A stretch of DNA of 64,000 nt from Roseibacillus sp. (GTDB taxonomy: Bacteria > Verrucomicrobiota > Verrucomicrobiia > Verrucomicrobiales > Akkermansiaceae), in the NCBI GenBank assembly GCA_965242925.1, contig CBDEUM010000014.1, positions 64,001 through 128,000 on the forward strand, read 5' to 3'. Under the pieces are notes generated by a model that saw only the letters and a program-made list of their open reading frames with translations, was not told the DNA's origin and did no database searches. The position numbers were made by a program, and so were the translations under genes. This document shows, one piece after another, positions 36,942 through 45,132 of the stretch. Every line of letters starts with the position of its first letter. Within the stretch, counting starts at the first letter, position 1.

Positions 36942-38357
36942 TCATCCCAGGATGGGCTCCACGACGTGACCGGCTACATCGGTGAGGCGAAAATCGCGGC
37001 CCTGGCTTCGGAAGATGAGCTTGCGGTGATCGATCCCGAGGAGATGGAGAATGGTGGCGTGGAGGTCGTTGGGGTGCACGGGATTCTCGATGGCGTGATA
37101 GCCGAATTCGTCGGTGGCTCCGTAGGTGAGACCGGGCTTGGTGCCTCCGCCGGCGAGCCACATGGTGAAGCCGTGGGGATGGTGATCGCGACCCCAGGTC
37201 TTGCCCACGACTTGAGCGACCGGGGTGCGGCCGAATTCGCCGCCCCAGATCACGAGGGTATCGTCGAGGAGACCGCGCTGCGCGAGGTCGGTGAGGAGCG
37301 CGGCCGTGGGTTGGTCCGCGGCACCGCACTGGCGGCGGTGTTCGCGGTCGATGTCGGTGTGGGAGTCCCACCCACGGTCGTAGAGCTGCACAAATCGCAC
37401 CCCACGTTCGACGAGGCGGCGGGCCAGCAGGCAGTTGCGCGCGAAGGACGGCTTGGCGGGATCGACTCCGTAGAGATCCAGCATGTGCTTCGGTTCGTCG
37501 TCGAGATCGGCAAGCTGCGGCACGCTGGTCTGCATGCGGAAGGCCATTTCGTAGGAGGCGATGCGGGAGGCGATCTCGGGGTCTCCTAGCGCATCGAGCT
37601 GGCGGCGGCTCATCCATTGGATGAGATCGAGTTCGCGTCGTCGGTCGGCGGAATCGACGCCGGGTGCATTGGAGAGATGCAGGACGGGTGCCCCGGTGTT
37701 GCGGAACGGCACCCCGGCATGGCGGGAGTCGAGGAACCCGTTGCCCCAGAAGCTCTGCAGGAGCGGCTGGCCGTCGCTCACGCCGGAGGTCAGCACGATG
37801 TAGGAGGGCAGGTCGTCGTTCTCGGAGCTGAGGCCGTAGGAGAGCCAGGCGCCGAGGGTGGGGCGGTCGCCCAGGAGCGTCCCGCAATTCATGAAGTTCA
37901 CCCCGGGATCATGGACATTGGTCTCGGTGTGCATGGAGCGGATCACCGTCAGCTTGTCCGCCACCCTGGCCAGATTCGGGAGCAGTTCGGAGACAACCGT
38001 GCCCGATTGACCGCGCGGCTGAAAATTGTAGGGCGACTTCTTGAAATTGGGCGTCCCGCGAATCAGCGCGAACTGCTGGTGGTTTTTGAGAAGCTCGTTC
38101 GGGATCGGTTTGCCGTCGAGCGCGTTGAGATTTGGTTTCGGATCGAAGAGATCGACGTGCGATGGCCCGCCGGCCATGAAGAGAAAGATGACCCGCTTCG
38201 CCTTCGGGGCTGCGTGCAATCCGGAAAGGTTACCGGTGCCGGCAAAGAGGTCGTTTCTCAGGAGAGAGGCCAGGGCCACCGATCCGATGCCGGCCGCCGA
38301 ACGCCCGAGAAAGGCGCGACGCATCATGGCATTGGGTAGCGAGGGCGTATTCATCAT
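36942..38357 (-). CDS. DUF1501 domain protein (Tat-exported)
   Basis: RRAFLG, AKRVIFLFMAGGPSHVDLFDPKP, WDSH, GEFGRTP, GRDHHP. Start ATG 38357 overlaps the upstream TGA. Confidence 0.92.
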   Translation of the reverse strand: MMNTPSLPNAMMRRAFLGRSAAGIGSVALASLLRNDLFAGTGNLSGLHAAPKAKRVIFLFMAGGPSHVDLFDPKPNLNALDGKPIPNELLKNHQQFALIRGTPNFKKSPYNFQPRGQSGTVVSELLPNLARVADKLTVIRSMHTETNVHDPGVNFMNCGTLLGDRPTLGAWLSYGLSSENDDLPSYIVLTSGVSDGQPLLQSFWGNGFLDSRHAGVPFRNTGAPVLHLSNAPGVDSADRRRELDLIQWMSRRQLDALGDPEIASRIASYEMAFRMQTSVPQLADLDDEPKHMLDLYGVDPAKPSFARNCLLARRLVERGVRFVQLYDRGWDSHTDIDREHRRQCGAADQPTAALLTDLAQRGLLDDTLVIWGGEFGRTPVAQVVGKTWGRDHHPHGFTMWLAGGGTKPGLTYGATDEFGYHAIENPVHPNDLHATILHLLGIDHRKLIFRSQGRDFRLTDVAGHVVEPILG

Positions 38358-41350
38358 GGCCTTGTGATGGTCTCGTCGAGGTTCAGGAGAATCGTGGCGA
38401 CGCTGGTCCACGCCGCCAGGGTGGGATCATCGCTGCCAGTAAGCTTTCGCGTGGCGGATTGGTCGCCGGCATAACGGGTGGTTCGGTCCTTGAGAAAGGC
38501 CAGGAAGCGGGCACGTTCTTCGACGCTGGGCGCACGGCCCAGGCAGAGGCGGAAGGAGAAGTCAACCCGTCCCGACTCATCGGCAGGGATTTCGTTCACG
38601 ACTCGCCTGGCGAGATGGCGGGCGGCCTCCACGAAGATCGGGTCATTGAGGGTGACGAGAGCCTGGGTGGGCAGGTTAGAGGTATTGCGCCGCACCGCAC
38701 ACACGGCCCGGCCGGGCGCGTCGAGCAGTTCCAGGGTGGGGTGCAGGGCCATCCGACGCCAATAGATGTAGAGGCTCTTGCGATGCAGCTCGTCGCCCTT
38801 GCTGGCGGTCCACTTTCCGGGGAGGTCGCGCTCCTCCCAGTAGCCTTGCGGTTGGGGAGGGAAGACACTCGGACCGCCGGCAACGGGCTTCAGAAGTCCG
38901 CTGATTGCGAGGGCCTGGTCGCGAATCTGTTCGGCCGGCAGTCGCACGCGAGGCATACGCGCCAGGAGGAGGTTGTTGGGATCACGCCGTTGGAGTTCCG
39001 GGGAGGTGCGGGCTGACTGCCGGTAGGTGGAGGAGGTGACGATGAGCCGGTTCAGGTGTTTCATGTCCCATCCGCTGGACATGAATTCGCACGCCAGCCA
39101 ATCGAGCAATCCCGGGTGGGTGGGAGCGGCGCCCTGTGCCCCGAAGTCGTCCGGGGTGCGCACCAGGCCGTGTCCGAAGTAGGTCTGCCAAATGCGGTTG
39201 ACCACTACTCGCGCAACGAGCGGATTGTTTCCATTGACCAGCCAGCGGGCAAACTCGAGCCGGTTCTGCGGCTGCAATTCCCCCGGGGAAGCTAGCACGG
39301 CCAACGCTGCGGGGGAAACCTTGTCGCCGCGACTGAGAAAGTTTCCGCGCACGTGAATGAAGGTGTCGCGGGGCTTGGCCCTCTCCTTCATGACGGGCAC
39401 TGCAGAGACCTCGCCCGCCCCGGCACCCTGCTCTTGCTCGAGCTTGTGAAGCGCCGCCTGCAACTGTTGCACCTTCGCGCCACCCCTGCCGCCGCTCAAT
39501 TCCGCACCCAGCGCCCGGCCATAAAGACGCACTCCCGTGAGGGAGCCTTCAAAGCGATAGGCAGTCGCTTCGGGCGTTGCGTTGTAGCCGGCACCGATCG
39601 CGAGGCGGCGGTCAGACACCGCGATCGAGCCCGGCACCTTGCCGATGACCCGCGCCGCATTATCTTCAATCCCATCGACAAACAGCCGGACTGCCTTGTC
39701 GGCTTTGAACACGATCGCGACATCGTGATTGCGACCATCATTGACCGCCCGGCTGCCGTGGATCTCCACACCCTGGTAGGGATCGGTCTGGGACGACACC
39801 CAGAAGAAAAGATGTCCGGGCACGCCGTTCTTGTCTCCCTCCCCACCGATTCCAAAGACGTAGCTCCGTTGCTTGCCACGCCAGTCGTACTTCGAAGCGA
39901 TGTTTGCGACCGGCTGCTTGGTGCGGATCCTGGCGGTGATGGTCAGGTCACCGGTGACGCTGAACTTCCCGGCGTCCGCGGCGACGTGCGGGCCATCCCA
40001 GTTGCCGAGCAGGCCGTCCTCGCCAAGTGGCCTGGGCGGAGACAATCCCTTGCGGGCGCCGGCGAGCTCGGTCTCGAGGCGGGCCCGTTCGGCTTCGAAT
40101 TTGCCTTTCGACCCGGCCGGCCGGTAGCGGTACTTCATGGTCGGTCCGCCCTGGCCGAAACCCTTTCCCTGGTGCTCGGTGTTGTTGAAGATCGCAAAGA
40201 GGGAATAGTAATCGCGCTGGCTGATCGGATCGAACTTGTGGTCGTGGCACTCGGCACAATCCATGGTGAGGCCCAGCCAGACGCGGCCGGTGGTATTGAC
40301 GCGATCGGTCACGCCCTTGAGGCGGTACTCTTCCACCGGATACGTCTGCCCCCGGGCTTGCGGGGCGTTGCGGTGGAAGCCGGTGGCGAGTCGCTGCTCG
40401 TCCGTGGCACCGGGGAGCATGTCGCCGGCCAGTTGCTCAACGGTGAACTGATCAAACGGCATGTTGCGGTGGAGGGCGCGAACGACCCAGTCGCGGTAGG
40501 GCCAGATGTTGCGGGTCTTGTCGTCGGCAAAGCCCCGCGTGTCGGCATAGCGCGCGAGATCGAGCCAGTCCTGCGCCCGGCGTTCGGCGTAGTCGCGGGA
40601 AGCCATGAGTCGATCCACGAGGTGTGCACAGGCATCCGGGGATTGGTCCTTCAGGAACGCTTCGAGTTCGGCCGGGGTTGGTGGCAATCCTGTTAAATCC
40701 AGGGTCGCTCTTCGCATCAGCACGGAACGGGCGGCCTCGGGTGATGGCGCGAGGCTTTCCTGTTCAAGCCCAGCCAGGACGAAGCGATCGATCGGATTGC
40801 GCACCCAGTCCTTCTTCTTCACCTCCGGCAGCTCCGATTTGCGTGGGGGAAGGAACGCCCAATGGGGTTGATACGCGGCGCCCTCCGCGATCCAGCGACG
40901 AAGCAGGTCCTTCTGTGCCGTGCTGAGCTGCTTGTTGCTCTCCGGCGGCGGCATGAGGTCGTCGCGATCGGTCGCGAAGATGCGCCGCACCAGTTCACTG
41001 CGGCCGGGATGGCGTGGCGCCACCGCCACCTTTCCCGACTTCGCGGGCTGCAGGGCCTGTTCGCGCCCATCGAGGCGCAGCTCCGACTTGCGAGCTTCCT
41101 CGTCGGGCCCATGACACTGAAAGCAATTGTCCGAGAGAAGCGGACGGATATCCCGGTTGAACTGCAGGGAGCCAGGCTTTGCCCACGCGCCCGGCACGAG
41201 CAGAAGCACCCCCGCCGCGAGGACAAGTTTGCAGGAGACGAAACGGGAGCTGATTTCTCGGGGCACGTTGACTGGCAGGTATTTGCTCTTTGGGTGCGGT
41301 GCTGCGGGATGCTGTTGAGAGGATCGGAGAAGGTCGTGCAATTTATTCAT
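38354..41350 (-). CDS. PSCyt1/PSCyt2/PSD1 planctomycete cytochrome c protein with an inserted LamG domain (true start probably downstream of 41350)
   Basis: [31 protein letters not shown], LamG-like VRLFVDG...LAIGA...FEGSLTGVRLYGRAL, PTHPGLLDWLA, LLNLDETITR. Confidence 0.92.
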   Translation of the reverse strand: MNKLHDLLRSSQQHPAAPHPKSKYLPVNVPREISSRFVSCKLVLAAGVLLLVPGAWAKPGSLQFNRDIRPLLSDNCFQCHGPDEEARKSELRLDGREQALQPAKSGKVAVAPRHPGRSELVRRIFATDRDDLMPPPESNKQLSTAQKDLLRRWIAEGAAYQPHWAFLPPRKSELPEVKKKDWVRNPIDRFVLAGLEQESLAPSPEAARSVLMRRATLDLTGLPPTPAELEAFLKDQSPDACAHLVDRLMASRDYAERRAQDWLDLARYADTRGFADDKTRNIWPYRDWVVRALHRNMPFDQFTVEQLAGDMLPGATDEQRLATGFHRNAPQARGQTYPVEEYRLKGVTDRVNTTGRVWLGLTMDCAECHDHKFDPISQRDYYSLFAIFNNTEHQGKGFGQGGPTMKYRYRPAGSKGKFEAERARLETELAGARKGLSPPRPLGEDGLLGNWDGPHVAADAGKFSVTGDLTITARIRTKQPVANIASKYDWRGKQRSYVFGIGGEGDKNGVPGHLFFWVSSQTDPYQGVEIHGSRAVNDGRNHDVAIVFKADKAVRLFVDGIEDNAARVIGKVPGSIAVSDRRLAIGAGYNATPEATAYRFEGSLTGVRLYGRALGAELSGGRGGAKVQQLQAALHKLEQEQGAGAGEVSAVPVMKERAKPRDTFIHVRGNFLSRGDKVSPAALAVLASPGELQPQNRLEFARWLVNGNNPLVARVVVNRIWQTYFGHGLVRTPDDFGAQGAAPTHPGLLDWLACEFMSSGWDMKHLNRLIVTSSTYRQSARTSPELQRRDPNNLLLARMPRVRLPAEQIRDQALAISGLLKPVAGGPSVFPPQPQGYWEERDLPGKWTASKGDELHRKSLYIYWRRMALHPTLELLDAPGRAVCAVRRNTSNLPTQALVTLNDPIFVEAARHLARRVVNEIPADESGRVDFSFRLCLGRAPSVEERARFLAFLKDRTTRYAGDQSATRKLTGSDDPTLAAWTSVATILLNLDETITRP

Positions 41351-41359
41351 TTCCCTGAC

Positions 41360-41482
41360 TCACCCGGAATTGGAGTGGATCCCTGGAGGTCGACAGGACG
41401 CCCCTCCGGCAGCCGCCGCTGATATTGCGATCCCGATCATCAGCGTGATCACAAGTGATGCATGTTTGATCGCGGGATTCAT
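41360..41482 (-). pseudogene. 40-codon orphan signal-peptide ORF, probable 5' relic of a secreted-protein gene
   Basis: Manual translation MNPAIKHASLVITLMIGIAISAAAAGGASCRPPGIHSNSG*. Confidence 0.4.
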
Positions 41483-41814
41483 GAGTCAGTCGTTCTTGGA
41501 TCTCGGGATCGTATTATCAGAAAAGGCCTCCGGTCGACAACCTCCCGCCGACCATTGCCAGAACTCACAAAGGATACAGCCACACAGAGGTCGACATGGG
41601 TGACTTTAGTTTTAGCTACAGTCTTATTTCAATCAGAAAACGCCGTAACTCACTGACTGTCAACTGTCGGACAGGATGGAAGTTGAGCCCTCTGTCCGGA
41701 AACACTGGTGCCGTCCGCTTCCGTCGAAAGCGGACGTCGTCTTTCCATCCCAACCAACACCGGGTCCGAAAGGGCTGGGAAAAACGGGGCTGAGGAAGCA
41801 ATATTCTGGCAATA

Positions 41815-42960
41815 GTGAACTTGCTTCGATCCGCGCCTAGTATCTTTCTGTTTCTTGTCGGATCGTCGTCCGCATGCCGTGCCGACGATTTGCTGGCTCC
41901 ATTCTTAGGCACTCCCCTCTTCGACAAACAGCGCCTGTTCGATGATCAGCGCTACCCGAACGTAGTTGTCACAACCAAGGGAACGGTGCTGGCCGTCTGG
42001 GGCAACGACGGTGTGGTCGTGCGCAGAAGCGAAGACGGAGGCAAGTCGTGGGGGAGACGCATCCCGGTGGCGAAAGCCGGATACCATGGGGGAGGCACGA
42101 CCGTGGATGCCAACTCCGGCGACCTTCTGGTCTTTGTCGAAGATCGGCAACCGCCTGCGCCGCTGACGCTCTACCGCAGCCAGGACGACGGCAAGTCGTG
42201 GCAAGCGCAGTCCACGACAATCGAGAAAGACGACAACGGCAATTCTCCCTCCATGCATATGAACGAACACGGCGTCACGCTCCTGCGCGGTCCCCACAAG
42301 GGACGCCTGCTTCGGCCGTCACGATACTACGGGCCGAAAGGCGGCGAAGCGGAGTGGCCTCTGCAATACACCAATGCCATCTACAGTGACGATGGTGGCA
42401 AATCCTGGATGACCAGCAAGCCCTTCCCCGAAAACGGAACGGGCGAAGCCGCTCTGGTCGAGCTTGCCGACGGGCGCATCTATTACAACTCGCGTGTTCA
42501 CTGGTCTAAACGACCGCGCAATCGACGTCGACGAGAAGCCTGGAGCGACGATGGTGGTGCATCGTGGAAGAACTGGCGAATCATTGGCGTGCTGCCGGAC
42601 GGGGACCAAGGTCGAACCTACGGCTGCATGGGGGGACTGACCCGGCTACCCTTGAATGACCGCGACATCTTGATCTTCAGCAACCTCGATACCGACGCCT
42701 CGCACCGCGAATGTGTGACCGTATGGGCGAGTTTTGACGGCGGCAAAACTTGGCCTATCAAGCGACTGGCCGACGCTGGTCGGAGCGGATACTCGTCACT
42801 CGCGGTCGGTCGACAGGATACGCCCAGTGCGGGTTGGATCTACCTGCACTATGAGCACGATCCGATCAAGGGAGCCTACATGGCTCGATTCAACTTGGCT
42901 TGGGTGCTTGGCGGCGAACCCACTGGAGATGGACAAGCGCCAAAGTTGAATCTCAAGTAG
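41815..42960 (+). CDS. Sialidase-family (BNR/Asp-box, GH33-like) protein
   Basis: Signal peptide, RYP motif, five Asp-boxes (SEDGGKSW, SQDDGKSW, SDDGGKSW, SDDGGASW, SFDGGKTW), GEAALVEL, SGYSSL, YE. Confidence 0.9.
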   Translation: MNLLRSAPSIFLFLVGSSSACRADDLLAPFLGTPLFDKQRLFDDQRYPNVVVTTKGTVLAVWGNDGVVVRRSEDGGKSWGRRIPVAKAGYHGGGTTVDANSGDLLVFVEDRQPPAPLTLYRSQDDGKSWQAQSTTIEKDDNGNSPSMHMNEHGVTLLRGPHKGRLLRPSRYYGPKGGEAEWPLQYTNAIYSDDGGKSWMTSKPFPENGTGEAALVELADGRIYYNSRVHWSKRPRNRRRREAWSDDGGASWKNWRIIGVLPDGDQGRTYGCMGGLTRLPLNDRDILIFSNLDTDASHRECVTVWASFDGGKTWPIKRLADAGRSGYSSLAVGRQDTPSAGWIYLHYEHDPIKGAYMARFNLAWVLGGEPTGDGQAPKLNLK

Positions 42961-43157
42961 AGCACGGCAGGACCAACTCGGGTCGAGGCAGACTGACCCT
43001 GCAGAGTGCTTCGCCACATGAAAATCCTCCTTTCTTTCCCTGTCGCCGATCCTGCGGTTAATGAGTTTTGGGGATCTCGCCGATAGGCGGGAATCTCGAT
43101 GCAACCCGAGGCGGCCAGGCGGAGTATTGTAATCGACGGCCTCACCCGGAAGGGGAC

Positions 43158-43259
43158 CTACAGGTGCAAGGCCTCGATCTCGTTTCGCACCACCTTGATG
43201 AAGACGTCGTCGAGGTCCTTGCCTTCGAAGCGTTGCTTGATCTCCTCGGCGGGCCCTGA
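43158..43259 (-). pseudogene. C-terminal fragment resembling an ABC-2-type ATP-binding protein
   Basis: SGPAEEIKQRFEGKDLDDVFIKVVRNE resembles the G.PEE....LEDVF tail of ABC ATPases; no Walker motifs upstream. Confidence 0.45.
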
Positions 43260-43827
43260 GACCAGCTGAGGTTCGTGAGACCCATCGCCCGCATCGCCTT
43301 GGATGCCTTGTCCCAGTCCGCCTGCATTAAGGCGTCGCAGATAAAGCAGAACCCAGAAACCGGACTCTTTAAGTTCATCTCTCAAAGAATGGCGGAGCGA
43401 AAGTCTCGAATCGAACTGTCGTCTCTGTATTCCCTGTTTCCGCCGATTTACAGGGTCTTTGGGCCAAAATTGGCGGATTTCAGGGATCTCGGCGGGTCTT
43501 AATATCTCCGGATTCCCATTTCCCCGGGCTTTTTGGCGTGAATTCCCAAGTTCCCTGTTAGCCAAATTATCAGGGAATTCCATTCGACTTGAGTTGCTAG
43601 AATTGTTCACCGGAGAAGCACGGGGCCCGGTAGCACTAGGCGGTGATCAAGAGGAAGTGAGACCCATATCAGTAGCCGCCAAACCGATGAGTGTGTTTGT
43701 TTTAAAAAGAATCCTATCCACGATCATGGCGCCCAGCTTGGGTCAATTGAGTCGGCTGGAATTGAATGCTCTACTTTTTTTTTGCAGATTGTACGTCCAA
43801 ATTGCCCTACGTTGGGAGTGACAGAAT

Positions 43828-45087
43828 ATGAGATCGATTCAAAAACGGAAGGGTTCTCCAAGGAACCGGCGAGATGTTTTGAAGTCCGCGGGTTGCATAT
43901 TGATGTTGCCTGCTTTGGAAAGCTTCGGTCAAGAGGCCAAGGGCGATGATGCCGTGAAGGCGAATCGCCTGTTTTGTATGAATATCGGCAACGGCATGTG
44001 TTCTGACAACTTCCCGACGTCGACGGGCAACGACTATCAGAGCTCTTCTACTTTCCAGCCGCTGGAAAAATTGAAGGATGATTTCACTCTCTGTACGAAT
44101 TTAAGGAACTACGGGAATCATGAAAGCACGATGTACGCTTTTGCTGAATACTCTGACCACACAAATCCCCAGTTGATTCAAGATTCAGTTGATGAAATTG
44201 CGGCTTCTCACATTGGCAATGACACGCGCATTAGGAATTTGGTCGTCGAACAGAGGCACTCCTATGGCATCTCCTGGAAGGGTGGATTGCCAGTTTCTCC
44301 AATCACGAATGGAGAGATTTTGTTCGAAACCATATTCGGCAAAGTCGACAAGAAAAAGCGTGCCGAGTTGCTGGCGCTCAAGAAATCGATGTTGGATGCG
44401 ACCAGGGAGGAAGCTAAGAGCATGATGCGTAAAGTTTCTGAGACAGACCGGGTCAAATTGGATGAGTACTTTTCCAGTTTGCGTGAATCTGAAAAGTCGA
44501 TCCAGAGATCTGAGCGCTGGTTGAGCGAAAAACACGTAGACGTGCCATTCCCTGAAAACGTAGCGTTCAAAACGGATGGTCTTACCGAGTATCTGCAAAA
44601 GATTCTAAAATGCACCTACTTCAATGAACGTTCCACTTATTTGGATTTACTCTTTCTGGCATTCAAATTCGACATCACTCGAGTGGCCAATGTGTATGGT
44701 GAATGGAATTGGCTTGGTCACCATACAGATTCCCACGCGGTTAAAACCGAAGAAGGATTTATTAAGAACATCGAGGCGGACCAAGCCTACATGATGCAGA
44801 CGGCTCGTTTCTTGGACAAACTCAAATCGACTAAGACAAAAGCGGGTGGAACCTTACTGGATCAAACGGTTTGCTTGATCACCAGTTCCCTGAGTATTAG
44901 CAAAGAAGAGGGCCCTCACGGCATGAAGAATAACCCCGTGATTGTCGCTGGTGGCGGCTTTGAACATGGTAAACATATTAAGTTCAACGGTACGGATAAC
45001 CGTAACGACGTCTACCTCGCAGCCTTGCAGCAGCTGGGTCTCGAAACCGAACGTTTTGGCACCAGTAGTAGGAGTGCCAAGCTCTAA
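43828..45087 (+). CDS. DUF1552 (HXXSHH-type) protein
   Basis: NRRDVLK...LPALES, FQPLE, SVDEIAA, KSMLD, DRVKLDEYFSSLRE, DITRV, GHHTDSH, GTLLDQT, AGGG. Confidence 0.88.
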   Translation: MRSIQKRKGSPRNRRDVLKSAGCILMLPALESFGQEAKGDDAVKANRLFCMNIGNGMCSDNFPTSTGNDYQSSSTFQPLEKLKDDFTLCTNLRNYGNHESTMYAFAEYSDHTNPQLIQDSVDEIAASHIGNDTRIRNLVVEQRHSYGISWKGGLPVSPITNGEILFETIFGKVDKKKRAELLALKKSMLDATREEAKSMMRKVSETDRVKLDEYFSSLRESEKSIQRSERWLSEKHVDVPFPENVAFKTDGLTEYLQKILKCTYFNERSTYLDLLFLAFKFDITRVANVYGEWNWLGHHTDSHAVKTEEGFIKNIEADQAYMMQTARFLDKLKSTKTKAGGTLLDQTVCLITSSLSISKEEGPHGMKNNPVIVAGGGFEHGKHIKFNGTDNRNDVYLAALQQLGLETERFGTSSRSAKL

Positions 45088-45132
45088 ACGACGCGGGGAC
45101 AGTCACTTCGTAATGGAAAAAGGATAGGTGCC

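Noticed and set aside
36942..36944. Selenocysteine read-through of the DUF1501 TGA
   Set aside because: The stop falls at the normal family C-terminus (compare 31610..32995), and I see no convincing SECIS hairpin after it.
35815..37887. 690 aa ORF as one protein
   Set aside because: Its N-terminal part is an off-frame shadow of the DUF1501 gene. The esterase begins at ATG 36720 with a clear signal peptide.
43390..43470. A second functional tRNA gene
   Set aside because: Only the acceptor 3' strand and a degenerate T-loop are recognisable; no cloverleaf can be built. Treated as an att-like remnant.
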